Shown here: positions 11,637-24,262 of the stretch, piece by piece | Layout: the number at the start of each line of letters is the position of its first letter | Numbering within the stretch: the first letter of the stretch is position 1 | NCBI GenBank assembly: GCA_951406725.2 | Contig: OX597817.1 | Span: 102,486,001-102,550,000 of the forward strand | Direction of reading: 5' to 3' | Length of the DNA stretch: 64,000 bases | From: Octopus vulgaris | Lineage: Eukaryota | The notes under the pieces: model-generated | The model's input: the letters and a program-made list of their open reading frames with translations, nothing else | The model's database searches: none | Told to the model about the DNA's origin: nothing | Made by a program: the position numbers and the translations under genes

Positions 11637-13589
11637 TGTGCGTGCGTGTGTGCGTATGTGTGTATGAGTGTGTGCGTGCGTGTGTGCGTATGTGTGTATG
11701 TGTGTGTGTGTGTGAGTGTGTATATTAAAATTTATTGGCAGTATTTAGGTGGTAATTTCTTATTGCTTTACAAATGTATTTCATCTAATAGCTCTATTTT
11801 ACGTTTTCCGTTATTGATATTCGAGCTTCATTCCCGTTGCATGTCTTGCCAGTCGGCACTCTTCCCACATGCACACCAGATGTATATTAACGCACATACG
11901 CAATAGGAATATATAATACAAGGAAATCAAATCAATGTAAAACATGCCATCATAAAGACAGCATGTTCGCTCTGTTATAACATATTTACAACAATTCAAA
12001 CTTTGTACTGCAGTAATATTTTTATAAGCTCCACACATATTTATGTATAAATGTTTGTTGATATTTAAGGTTAGTATTTGTATTGGCATTTTAACTAGTA
12101 TGTTCATTATAACAATTTAGTATAGATTTGTCACACACATTAGCAAATGTTAATGATTAAGTAAATAATAATTCTGTGATTTAACAGCTATTGGTTATGG
12201 TTTTACATATTAATTCTTCTTTGTAAGCTGAAATAACGTTTCAAAAATATTAGTCATAAAATTGCATGTCTAAAGAAGTCACATTCTGTGATTGAACGGA
12301 TACATTTTTATCAGAAATGTTTCAGAATTTCATAAAGTTTGTGATTCAGCAAATTACATTAATGAAAACTAAGTTTTAATCAGATAGAAGGGAAGATTTT
12401 ATAAACAATAATTATAACAAAGTATCTAACAAGTGGCTTTTGAGTGAATGACAAACAGATCTACTTGATAGTGCGTATTACGTGTAGTATCGCATCTTCG
12501 TAGAGAAAGCGTTCTCGATCTCCCATGAGAAAACTGTTTATTCTTATTTTAAGAGTGTTGTATTTTAAGTTGATGCACCTAATAAGCTTCATTCGGTTAG
12601 AATTAGTTAATGCCATTTGGAAATATTTGATCATAAATTTGCATAAAGTAAAAAGTAACTGATTCTTAATCAACATATACATATTTTATATATATATTGA
12701 AACATTTGTCATGAATAATTGTATGTCACTCAGATGTTTCCGGCCTTACAACCAGTAGGTTAAACAATACATCTTATCGGTTAAAAATATCTTTATACAC
12801 ACAATGAACTTTAATCCTTTGATTATATGACGTTAGAGACCTAAGTGATACTTCTACTTTTCTTAAGATTCCTACCGAACCCCAGATGATGTGTGATTTT
12901 ACGCACTAAGCGCCTGTAAGAGCGGTTCTCTCAAGACTAATTACGCAATATTCGGTGTTCTAACAAGATACCCACGTTAAGTTGGATATTATGATTACCG
13001 TTTGGTGTTAATACTGCTTCCGTCGCTATTAATTAATTTTTAATAAACCTGCTAGCTATTTGAGACACCAGTATCTGAAAAGTTGCTGGTATTTTATATT
13101 TCGTGGCAGCGAGATTTGACTGGCATACCGTGACCAGCGCTTCCCCCTGGTGAGGTCCGTCCTATAGACCGAAATCACGTAACATGTGAATTCCGGCGTC
13201 CGTGACAGGCGGTTCTTGTCTTCTTCAAGCTACGTGCATGCTTTCGGGCACCAAGCACCAATAAGAGAGGTTCTTTCAAGGCTAATAATACAGTATTCGT
13301 TGTTCTAACAAGACATCCCTGTTAAGTTGGATATAAAGGCATTCCAGCCGTGACTACTCCACCTCTTTTTTTATTCGGGTATTGTTCGCTTCAAACTCCA
13401 TTATCCAATGTTCCCCCACCCCACTTGCCACTAAGGCAGTCGAGTGTGATTTGAGGAATATTTAGTTCCGTCGTTTCTCATCTCAAATGCTATCGATGAT
13501 CATAGTGATCGTAACGAAAGACCATTGTAGAATATAAGTATTCAGAAGGAAAACATAATAACATTGTCGTCACTTTTACTTCTGCTGCC

Positions 13590-13624
13590 ACCGCTGCTGC
13601 TGCTGCTGTTGTTGTTGTTGTTGT

Positions 13625-13660
<36 letters not shown>

Positions 13661-13740
13661 CGACGACGACGACGACGATGATGATGAGGGAGAAGAGGAG
13701 AAAGGAGGGAGGAGGAGGAGGAAGCGGAGGAGGAGGAGAG
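13590..13740. repeat. Compound trinucleotide microsatellite (GCT/GTT/GAT/GAC/GGA)
   Basis: Direct reading. Confidence 0.9.
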
Positions 13741-15982
13741 GATATCGATCACAGCAGTAAATCAATTGTAATATAGACATTTGGTTATAAAAATGAGTAC
13801 CTTCCAAGAGTCATCCATCTCAAATCTACAACTTTTCACTATGCTGGTCTGTCATGCTATTAAAATAATTATCAAGGCTATGTTATATTAAGATCACTTT
13901 TGTGGGCATATTTTATCTTCTCACAAGAAAATAGTAAAGTAATACAGATCGTGATAAATAGCAGCTAATCATTTAATCTACTTTAAGATTTGCATCTGTT
14001 GTTGGGCTCACTTTGTCTACGTTTAAACGATACTTAAGCAGTTTCACATGTCAGCTAAATAAAGAAAAGGCAAATCTACAATAATTGCAACCCTAAACGA
14101 CTGGAAAAAAAAAGCTGGACGAGATCCATTTGATATGTTTAAATAAATAAAAAAAAAGTTTTATTTTTTGTTTGCGTTGTCGTTTTTTGTTTCGTTTAAT
14201 CTTATGTTGTTTTAATTTTGTGCGGAATGATGGTTAAACATGAGGTTATCGTTTTGGCCTCAAGTTTCTAAAATTACAAAATTTCGTATCAGGAATCTAA
14301 GTTTCCACGGTCTACTTAACAGACGCTTTAACTTGAAAGACGAACCGCACTAGTCAGGTGTCAAACAGTCGTTCTCACATACAGCCCTCCTCTCTCATTC
14401 CACAATGCTTTTTTTTCACCCACATGCTCGCATATGTGCATACATTCACAAATTCATTTTTTGTCTTTCACTTCCTAACTTCCTTCTATTTATCTGTTCC
14501 TCTCAACTGCTAGCATTCTCTATCACTGACCCTTTTTCTCTCTCTCTTTCCTCTACCTTTTCCTGAGTTACCTATAACCCTTTCTCAGTCTCTTCTATTT
14601 GGCCCGGGAGTCGATGTATGTAAGGATCACTGTTAATTTGAATACGCAAACAAATATGTATAGTCAGTGACATATTCTTTTAATTGAAGAGACTATTTTA
14701 TCTATAATTTAGATAGTTTGTCTACTGATCTTTTCGTCTCTATCTCCAAAGTTTTTTTCTCTTTATATTGTGTTCAGCTAAGTACCCCTACACGTTGTTT
14801 CTCTTATCTCATTCTCTCTTTACTCGTCATTCTCACTGTTACATGTTCTTCCATCTTCCAGTATCAAGCTCTCTCATTCAGTCATTTTCTGTCACTTGCA
14901 CGTTCAAAATATTTCTTACTTAGTATGTTTTGATTATTCTGTCATATAAATATATCTATCCTAAGCGCTTCTCTTAGCAATTGAGCGTCTCCTGCGAACA
15001 TATGCATTTCTGCTAAATAAAGATCGGATAAGCAGCGTGGGTAAACGATACGATCTTTTTTTTCAGTTTTGGATCTTATATCTTTTTTCTTTTTCTTTTT
15101 CTTTTATTTTTCATCAAATGATGAAACAATCAGAGTGTTCTTAAATAACGCCTGCAGTTCTCTAGTTTCACCAAACTCCAACATGACGTGTGGCCTGCAG
15201 TGACTTGCGTTATTTTTTGCTTTTCATCAGACGCGGAAGACACAGTCAACAACATGATGATGTCAGAGGGGATGATGATGATGATGATGTCAGAGGGGAT
15301 GATGATGATGATGATGTCGACGACGACGACGGCCATGATTTCCCAGCGATGTGTCGTATAAATGTCCTGATGATTTGACTCCAATTAGACAATAAATTGT
15401 CTGGAATTGGAGCATCGGTCGGGAAATTGAAACAAGGAAAAGACATCCCTTGACAGTGACATAGTTAGATGAACTTTCAGTGAATAACCTGAACTTTGCT
15501 TTTAAAAATAGAGTAAAATAAAAAAAAACTAAACAAAAATAGAAGAAAAGAAACAGCAAACCAGCGAAACGAAACACAAATAGCTCACATATTCCACGAT
15601 AGTCATTTGTAAAAAGGAAACAAAAACTTAACTTTTATGAGAGACAGTGGATGTGTGTACTGGATAACCAGTCAAAGGAATGTTGTTGGTTCGCATCCTG
15701 TCACCGGCACTTTGTTGTGCAGTAAAATGCTGGTATGTCTAAGAATACATAGTTTGATGTACCTGTATCCTTCACTTTCAAAACGGCAGGATTTCATTTA
15801 AGAGAGGTTTAGTTTCAATTTCTAGCTGGTCGAGTGTCCTCGCGGAGCTTTCTCTAAGAGCATTGGTAACATTAAAATATAAATGAAAAAACTGAAATAT
15901 TGTATCATTCTAAGCGTTCACCTTTCCATTTCCATTTTCTTATTCTTCATTATGCATTTTCTCCTCAACTGAATCACATAAT

Positions 15983-16785
15983 ATTGGTTTCAAATTTTGG
16001 CTCAAGGCAGTAATTTCAGGGGAGGAGTAAGTCGATTACATTAACCCCAGTATTCTGATAGTACTTATTTTATTTACTCCGAAAGGATGAAAGGCAATGT
16101 TGATCTCGGTGAAATTTGAACTCAGACAAAATAGCATGCTAACGATTCTGCTAGCTCGCCACCTAATTTGCCATATCATATTGATTCTAAATTTTGGTAA
16201 AAGGCCAGTAATTTCGGGAAGGTAGTATGTCGATTGCATCGATCCCAGTACTCAGCTGATAGTTTTTTTCTCGACCCCAAAAGGATGAAAGGCGAAGTCC
16301 ACCGCTGCGAAATTGGAACCCAGAACATGAAGATAGACAAAATGCCTATTTCTTTACTACCCACAAAGGGCTAAACACAGAGAGGACAATCAAGGACAGA
16401 CAAACGGATTAAGTCGATTACATCGACCCCAGTGCGTAACTGATACTTAATTTATCGACCCCGAAAGGACGAAAGGCAAAGTCGACCTCAGCGAAATTTG
16501 AACTCGGAACGTAACGGCAGACGAAATACCGCTGAGCATTTCGTCCAGCGTACTAACGAGTCTGCCAGCTCGCCGCCTTTAATTACAATATAATATTGGT
16601 TTCAAATTTTGGCACGAAGCCAGCAATTTCAGGAGAGAGATTAAGTTGATTACATTGACCCCAGTGATCGACTCCGAAAGGATGGAAGGCAAAGTCGACC
16701 TCGGCTGTATTTGAACTCAAAACGTAAAGACAGACGAAATGCTGCTAAGCATTTTGTCCGGCGTGCTAACGATTCTGCCAGCATA
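15983..16785 (-). mobile_element. Tandem array of four copies of a second tRNA-like SINE family
   Basis: GATTACAT.GACCCCAGT...CGAAAGGATGAAAGGCAAAGTCGACCTC...GAACTCAG is repeated four times. A plus-strand head of the same family is at 60771-60870. Confidence 0.85.
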
Positions 16786-17025
16786 TAAGATTATATGTAT
16801 ACCATTCTGCCTAAATAATGGAACTGAAGATACAATATCCTTGCATATCTCACGTCTATTTTCATTCCTCCACTTCACTCTCTATTTCATATCATATCTA
16901 GAATAAATATTGCTTAACCATTTTCTCACACCGTCTCCGATGAAAGAATATATAAAATATCCCGGAAACAGCTGTAAAAATGTTCTGAAATCTTTACAAC
17001 CTTGGACTTTTATCTCATTCTGTTA
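16785..17025 (+). mobile_element. PLE 3' terminal fragment with hammerhead-like motif (16934-16980)
   Basis: Homologous to 7124-7350. Contains CCGATGA...GGAAACAGCTGTA and ends in (TA)n. Confidence 0.7.
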
Positions 17026-17038
17026 ATTTATATATGTG

Positions 17039-17109
<71 letters not shown>

Positions 17110-17111
<2 letters not shown>

Positions 17112-17243
17112 GCTTCTTTCAGTTTGTGTCACAAGGGTTTGGTCGGCGTGAGGGGGCTGCCCAAGGTGTCACGTACTGGAACTGAACCCAGTAACATGGG
17201 TTTCGAAAGCAAGCTTCTTTCCACATAGCCACGCCTGCACCTA
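17110..17243 (-). mobile_element. SINE head fragment
   Basis: Same family as 7365-7530. Confidence 0.75.
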
Positions 17244-17737
17244 TCTTATTCATTTTTCTTTTATATTTCTGTAGAAAGACTTTGTGAAATGGTCATTGTC
17301 ATTCCGTCCGATGCTTTGTTTACCTTAGCGACAATAGATAATTAATTTGTTTTCTTTACAGGTCGACAGTCTTAAACATTTGTCTACATTTTTCGTAGAT
17401 TTTTGTATACACATCGTTCTCTCGTTCTTCTTATCCATTTGTATTGTCATGCCTTTGCTAGACTATATTCTGATAAAATTTGTAATCAACCCACCGGTGT
17501 TCTGAAGCGAAAGATCCTATTAATAAAATGCGCCAAAATTGCCTTCACTTTGATTGTCGGGAAGCATTTGCTTTCCTTGTTTGTGCTTTCCCATGCTCTG
17601 AATGTTTTTCCCGTTGTCTGTGCATAATTATTTATTTTGCTTGATTAACACCATGCTGATACTTCGCCTTCACATAACACACCCATATATACAGTGTGTG
17701 AGTGCGTGAGTATGTGTATGTGTGTGTGTGTGTGTTT

Positions 17738-17770
<33 letters not shown>

Positions 17771-17919
17771 TGTTTGTGTTTGTGTGTGTGCATGTGCGCG
17801 TGCGGCACCTTGGGTATGTGTTTTCTTCTATAGCTCCAGATCAACCAAAGCCTTGTGAGTGTATTTGGTTAAAAGGGAACTGAAAGAAGCCCGTCAATTA
17901 CATACATATATATATAGTT

Positions 17920-18810
17920 CTCATTGTGTCTTGTGGCACTTGAGGCGACAGCAAGATCATTCCACCTTCTAAGACTGAAAGTGTCCTTGACAGCTTGTTC
18001 CACTGTTAACCCTCTTCTTTTAAGATCTTTTGTTATTGTTCTCCAACACGTTTCCTTTTGTCGGCCACGTCTTCTTTTACCTTGTGGAACCTATTGCAAA
18101 GCGATCCTGAAATTGAGCTCGGCTTACAGCGACAAACGCGACCTGGCCATTTCCATATCCTTGCTTCTATAGTTTCACTTATTGGTTTCGCGTTAGTCTT
18201 GGTGTATGGTTGGCTAGCTGAGATCATATTCGCCCAGTAGAATCTTCAAACTCTTTCGTAAACATTTATTTCGAAGCACCCTCAATTTCTTTTCAATACT
18301 TTTGGTTGTTTTCCAACATTCGGATCCATAGAGAAGGATTTTGCTTTTGTAAAATCGTATTTTGGTGTACTTGCTGAATATTGATGATTTTCATATTGAG
18401 TTTAACATACCGAATGATTGTTTGACTTTGCTGGTTCTTGTATTTATTTCATGAATGCAGTCTCCATCCATTGTTATTTTGGTGCCTAGCTGGTTAAATT
18501 TGTCAACATTTGCGATTGGTTTGACCTTCAAAGTCACATGGTCTGCATATGTTATATTTTTACAAAAAGTGTACGTTTTCTTCTCGTTGGTTTTGAGATC
18601 TCTGGTATTAGCTATTTGACTAAGTCTTTCAGATTTGTCTTGTAACTCTTGAGGCGTGTATGAGAACAAAAACGTCGTCTGCATAATCTAAATCTTCTAG
18701 TTGAGTTGTGTTCCATTCTATAACTTGTTTATATTCTTCTGTCGTTCTTTGCATCAACCAATTCACTGCCAATGAAAATAAGATTGGTGATAACACGCAT
18801 CGTTATTTGA
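17920..18810 (-). mobile_element. RTE-like LINE 3' part (RT C-terminal half)
   Basis: Minus-strand CVLSPILF, LEDLDYADD, LLYGSECW and WPGRV motifs with frameshifts. Confidence 0.8.
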
Positions 18811-19129
18811 CTTCAGTTTGGCTCAAGGCAGCAATTTCAGGGGAGGAGTAAGTCGATTACATCAACCCCAGTATTCTGATAGTACTTATTTTATTTACTC
18901 CGAAAGGATGAAAGGCAATGTTGATCTCGGTGAAATTTGAACTCAGACAAAATGCCGCTAAGTATATTACCTGAACTTTGCTTTTAAAAATAGATTAAAA
19001 TAAAAAACTAAACAAGAATAGAACGGATCTGTCGAACGGATCTGTCAGTTTGTTGTTGTGTTTAACTTGACTTTCGAAGTTTTCATACAATAAACGAAAC
19101 ATCTTAAATAATTTGTGTGGGAAACTATA

Positions 19130-19720
19130 GTGCACAGCTAAAATAAAACACTATTGGATATAGAAAAAATCCCAAATCTGAATGGATATCAAAAGACACA
19201 TGGAAAATCATAAATAAAACGAAAGAAATCTACATCAACCAAGCATATAGAAAATAATATGATGCAATATATGAATGAGGATAAGACAGTAAAGATAAGA
19301 CAGTACGGAATGGCAAGCATAGGCACAAAAACCATTTGGCTGCCAAACGTAAAAATTTAAGATCATTGAACAAAATAATGAAAAACTGCGTAGTGGAGAC
19401 CAAGGAAAATACTACGATCTACCTGTACAAGGTGCAGATGGAATCAAAATAACTTATGAAAAAGCCAAATTAGAACGATGGGAGAGTCACTTCCAAACCA
19501 TCCTTAATCGCCCAGGGTCCATAATCTCTACCAAAATAAAAGAAGCGGATAAGGACTTGGAAATCAACATTGGAGAGATCAAGGTAAACAAAGTCATAAA
19601 AGCTATCTGTAAATTAAAAAATGGCAAATCATCAGAATTAAAATGGTGTTTGTGCTGAAATGCTTAAAGCAGAGGCCAAAACACAACCAGTTATTTTCCC
19701 CAAAATTTTACAAATAACTG
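19130..19720 (+). mobile_element. RTE-like LINE upstream (pre-RT) part, inverted relative to 17920-18810
   Basis: Plus-strand KSEWISKDTW, ERWESHFQTILNRP and VIKAICKLKNGKS motifs. Confidence 0.7.
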
Positions 19721-20131
19721 GACCAAACAACTGACTCACCTGCCATTTCTCTCCATTCGGAGTTCATATGTCCCCTACTTCTAAACTTCTCTGCACGGTT
19801 CATGCTTTGGATGGGCACAAATATTATTATTTACTAGTATTCTACATATATATATATATGAACAAGATTCAGTTGAATAAGGTACTTAAAGTTGGGGTAC
19901 CTAGTTAGGTCAGAATAAAATGCACACAAAACAATTTTTAGATGAATACCAACCTTGGTACAGAAGTACTGGCAGAATGATATTCGGGTAATGAATGCAG
20001 TTAATTTAACCCAACTGAGTATATAATCCGCCCTTGAGCTATTCAAACATGTATATTTTATTAAATATACAGTGCATAATGTACTTCATAACACGCGAGG
20101 GGCATATTACGAGATAGGAGAATTAATTAAG

Positions 20132-20306
20132 TAAGTAACAATTGAAGTACAGGTGTCCATTCATTACGGCCGTTTCTAACGAATTTTTAAATGATTAATA
20201 AGTAAAAACGATTTTATATAAAGATACAATGTATTCATTAATCAATAAAAAAAATTCGTTAGAAACGGCCGTAATGAATTGTCGCCTGTCCTTTAATTGT
20301 TACTTA
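20132..20306. repeat. Inverted repeat (about 70-bp arms) containing a hammerhead 3' half
   Basis: ATTCATTACGGCCGTTTCTAACGAATTTTT vs AAAAATTCGTTAGAAACGGCCGTAATGAAT; contains GAAAC-GGCC-GTA. Confidence 0.85.
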
Positions 20307-20646
20307 TATATCACGACGTCTATACATGTTTAACCTTGAACTCTCAACCTTGAACTTGTTCGTATAAACTGTCCCGTTCGTTTTATTTTATTTTCTCATA
20401 TATTATCTTTTTTTTACATTCATTTCATACTTTCCACAATTTCCTGCATTTTTTGTCCTCCTTTCCGTCGTTTCTTTCTTCTCTGGATGTCCATACTCTG
20501 TTTCTTCTGCCTGCACCCCCCTTTTTTGCCTCCCCCTCTTTCTACTTCCTTTCTTTCTTTCCTTTTCCATTTGTCCCATCTTCTCCGCCTCTATTTTCTG
20601 CTCCTACCGCTTTTTTTATCTAGTTTTTTCATACGATTGTTTTTTT

Positions 20647-22992
20647 TTGCTGTTTTTTTCCCACTGCCCCTCCCAACAACCCCCTACACACCTCCCCAAT
20701 CCCTCCCCCCAGACTTCCACCAGCCCTACCACTCCTCCTACTCCTACTCCCATTCCATCCACCCCTCATACTTCTATTCCACCCACCCCTTCTTCCCTTC
20801 CGTCTGTTGTTACCATTCCCCCTGATCTTCCCCTCTCTGCGGCGGAACGCTCCGTCCTTAGTAGGGGTCTGCGTTTCATCCCCCGCACTCCATCCTGTAA
20901 GGAATTCCAGACGCGAGCTGATGTCCACAGCTTTGTGCGCCGCGTCCGGTTGGGTGCGCATTTCCGCGACTCACCACCCGCATCCAACGATGAGGACTGC
21001 TTCACTGACCTGGGCCGCCGACCATCCACGTGGACGCTTACCCCCGGCCAGTTCCTAGCAGTGGATCTTTTCGCGGGCGCCTGTCAGCGTGCGTTGGAGC
21101 GGTTCAACTTCTCCAGGCGCCACCGCCGCCTCAACATCTCCCCGGCCGAGCTCTCGGCCCTTCGTTCCCTCCAACGGCGCGCTAACATTATCATAAAACC
21201 GGCTGACAAGGGTGGAGCTGTGGTGGTGTGACGCGCGGACCTCTACAGGGCCGAGGCTCTCCGCCAACTCAATGACACCTCCTTCTACTCCCCGCTGTCC
21301 TCTAACCCCACACGTAGCTACCAACAGACGGTATCCTCTACTGTCCACGAGTTCATCTCGTCCGGCCGTCTCCCTCACACCGCATCCAACGTAATTGTGC
21401 GAACCCCACGCACCCCCACCATTTACTTCCTCCCCAAAATCCACAAACCCAACAACCCTGGCCGCCCCATCGTCTCCGCCTGTAACTGCCCCACGGGGCT
21501 CATCTCTAAATACCTCGATCGTGTCCTTGCCCCCCTAGTGGAATCTCTTCCCTCCCACATCCACGATACCAACCATGCTCTCCGGCTTTTCAACTCTTTC
21601 TCCTTTCTTCCCGGCTCCTCCAAAATCCTTTTTACTATGGACATCCAGAGCCTCTATACCGCCATCCCTCACCACGAAGGACTGCGGGCACTTCAACACT
21701 TTCTCGACCTCCGCCCCAACCCTGAACCTGAAACATCCACACTCATTCGTCTGGCCGAACTTGTCCTTACTCTCAACTGCTTCTCGTTCGGGGCGAGTTC
21801 TACCAACAGTTCTCGGGAGTGACTATGGGAACGCGAATGGGCCCCAACTATGCGAACCTGTTCGTTGACTATGTTGAGGCCCAAATATTCTCTAATTTCA
21901 CTGGTCCCACTCCTGAACTATACGATCGTTACATTGACGACATTATCGGTGCCACCTCACTCTCCCGTGAACATCTAGATTCCTTCCTCTCTTTCGTTCA
22001 ATCCTTCCATCCAACCCTCCACTTCACCTCCACTATCTCCAACACCTCTGTCTCCTTCCTCGACATTTCGGTCAGCATTCATCACTCCACTCTTACCACC
22101 TCCATTCACTACAAACACACAGACTCACACTCATACCTAAACTTCTCTTCCTCCCACCCAAAACACACCAAGCTTTCCATCCCCTATTCCCAATTCCTCA
22201 GTCTACGTAGGCTCTGTAGTGACGACCATGACTTTGAGACTCAGTCTCAACGCATGGTTCACCACTTCATCCTACGTGGATACCCCCTCACCACAATCCA
22301 CACCGCCCTTGCCAGGGCATGTTCCATAGACCGTGCATCTGCTCTCTCCCCCCGAACCCGCCCTGTAGTCTCCCGCCTCCCTTTTCCCCTCACTTACCAC
22401 CCCACGACCCAACCTCTCCAACGCACCATTCTTCGAGCTTTCCGGCATCTCCATTCCGACCCGTCCACTTCACACCTCTTCCCTAACCGACTCCCCATTC
22501 AAACGAGCCCATAATCTACGAGACCTTTTGGTCCACAGCTCCTTCCCTGACCCTACCTCCCAACCTGGCTCGTTCCCCTGCTCCCGCCCACGTTGCCGCA
22601 CTTGCCCTTACCTCTCCAACACCACCCTCGTCACTGGCACCCATCATCGACCCTATCGCATCATCAACTCCTTCACCTGCACCTCCAGCAATATCATCTA
22701 TTGCATCTCTTGCTCTCTCTGCCATTCCCTGTACATCGGACAAACGGGACGCCGCTTGGCTGACCGGTTCGCGGAACACCTCCGAGACATCCGCCTTGCC
22801 AACGACACACCGGTCTCACGCCATTTCCGCTCCACCGGTCACTCCTTGCAACACCTGTCTGTGTTCGGTTTGTCCTTGCACAGAGGCCATCCGGATTCCC
22901 GTTTGCGCCGTGAACAGGAATTAATCTTCGCTCATTTACGCCATTTGGTCTCAACTCTCCCCCCTCCTCATCTAACCCTCCTCCTCATATAA
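20647..22992 (+). pseudogene. Penelope-like (probably Neptune-type) RT + GIY-YIG endonuclease ORF with a stop and frameshifts
   Basis: IIKPADKGGAVVV, YFLPKIHK..PGRPIVS, MDIQSLYT, MGTRMGPNYANLF, RYIDDI, linker CSRPRCRTC, then NIIYCISC..LYIGQTGR.LADRFAEH. Confidence 0.95.
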
Positions 22993-23500
22993 CCCCCCTC
23001 CCCTCCTCATCTAACCTCCCCCGACCCCTACTTCTCTTCATCCTTCATCCTTTCACCCCTACTCTCTTTCCCTCCCCTTCCTTTCTTCCCTCTTTCTTCT
23101 TCCCTCTTCCCCTTCCCTCTTTCTCTCTGCTCCCTCACTCCACTTCTCTCTCCCCCTCTCTATTCTCGCTCCTCCTCTCCCCTCCTCTTCTCCTCTCCTT
23201 CCTCCTCCCCCCTCCTCTCCCTCCTCCTCCCCCTCCTCCTCCCTCCTCTTCTCCTCTTTCATTCTCCCCTCCCCTCCCCCTCATCTCACCCTCACCCCCT
23301 CCGTCTTTCCTTCTCCCCCTCTCCCCCTCATCACTCTCACCTTTCCCCTTCTCTCTCCACCCTCCCCCTCATCTCATCTCACCCTCACCCCCTCCTCCTT
23401 CCCTTCCCCCTCTCTTCCCTCTCCCCTCCCTTCTTCCCCTCATCTCTCCTCTACTCTCTCTCCCCCTTACCCCCTCCTCCCCCCCTATCTCCCCCCCCTC
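22955..23500. repeat. Roughly 550-bp polypyrimidine/polypurine low-complexity tract in the PLE 3' region
   Basis: Almost only C and T on the plus strand. Confidence 0.9.
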
Positions 23501-23754
23501 TACACTACACCATACGACATTACACATCACATCATACATACATACACACGTCCAGACCTCTCATACCCTCTCATACACACACACACCCTTATGTTGAGGC
23601 TTGGTCATTTGACCCTGTTATCTCCCCTATTTTCGCTCTTGCGTCTCACGTTTGATCTTTGACTTCTGGCCGGAATCAGATCGCCATGTTGATTCGCTAG
23701 CTTCTGCACGCATTTTTTCTCTCCTTGTTTCTCTCCGTGTTTCTTTTCTGTGTA

Positions 23755-23792
23755 TCTTTCTGTTGAAGAGCGTAGGCTCGAAACGTAAAAGA
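23755..23792 (+). ncRNA. Minimal type I hammerhead ribozyme in the PLE terminal repeat
   Basis: TCTTT-CTGTTGA-A-GAGC(GTAG)GCTC-GAAA-CGTA-AAAGA: 5-bp stem I, 4-bp stem II, minimal stem III. Core variant CUGUUGA. Confidence 0.75.
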
Positions 23793-23911
23793 CTTGTTTT
23801 ATTTATGTTCCTGAGCGCCATACTAATACAATTGTTTGTTTGTATTCCACCTGCCTTCGTCTTTTGTTTATTTTCATAAAGCTTCCCGTTAGTCAATTCA
23901 AGAAAGGAGCG

Positions 23912-23948
23912 AGTTTAGCGTTCGAGCATAGCTCTTCGTCGGAAAGAA
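23912..23948 (-). ncRNA. Degenerate hammerhead-like motif in an inverted terminal-repeat copy
   Basis: Minus strand TCTTT-CCGACGA-A-GAGC(TAT)GCTC-GAACGCTA. Confidence 0.45.
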
Positions 23949-24040
23949 GAAATGGAAAAGTCCAAAGAAGGAGAAGAAGAAGTAATCGCCGAGAGCGTAC
24001 TCGTAGTTATATTGCTGAAACGATATACAGAGGAGGTTTA

Positions 24041-24077
<37 letters not shown>

Positions 24078-24205
24078 CATATAAAATAAGGACAATAGAA
24101 AATTTCTAATGCCAAATATGCCGAAAAAGACAAAATTGTCAATAACCATTATAATTTATGTGTCTTGAAACTAGCCGATAGAAATTTCTAAAAAAATCCG
24201 TTATT

Positions 24206-24262
24206 ACCGTATTGGTCCCAATTTCGGGGTTAATTCATAAGAATTTTCCCCTCCTCAGCGAC
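24206..24262 (-). ncRNA. Type I hammerhead ribozyme with canonical core
   Basis: Minus strand GTCG-CTGAGGA-GGGG(18 nt)CCCC-GAAA-TTGG(GA)CCAA-TA-CGGT. Confidence 0.75.
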
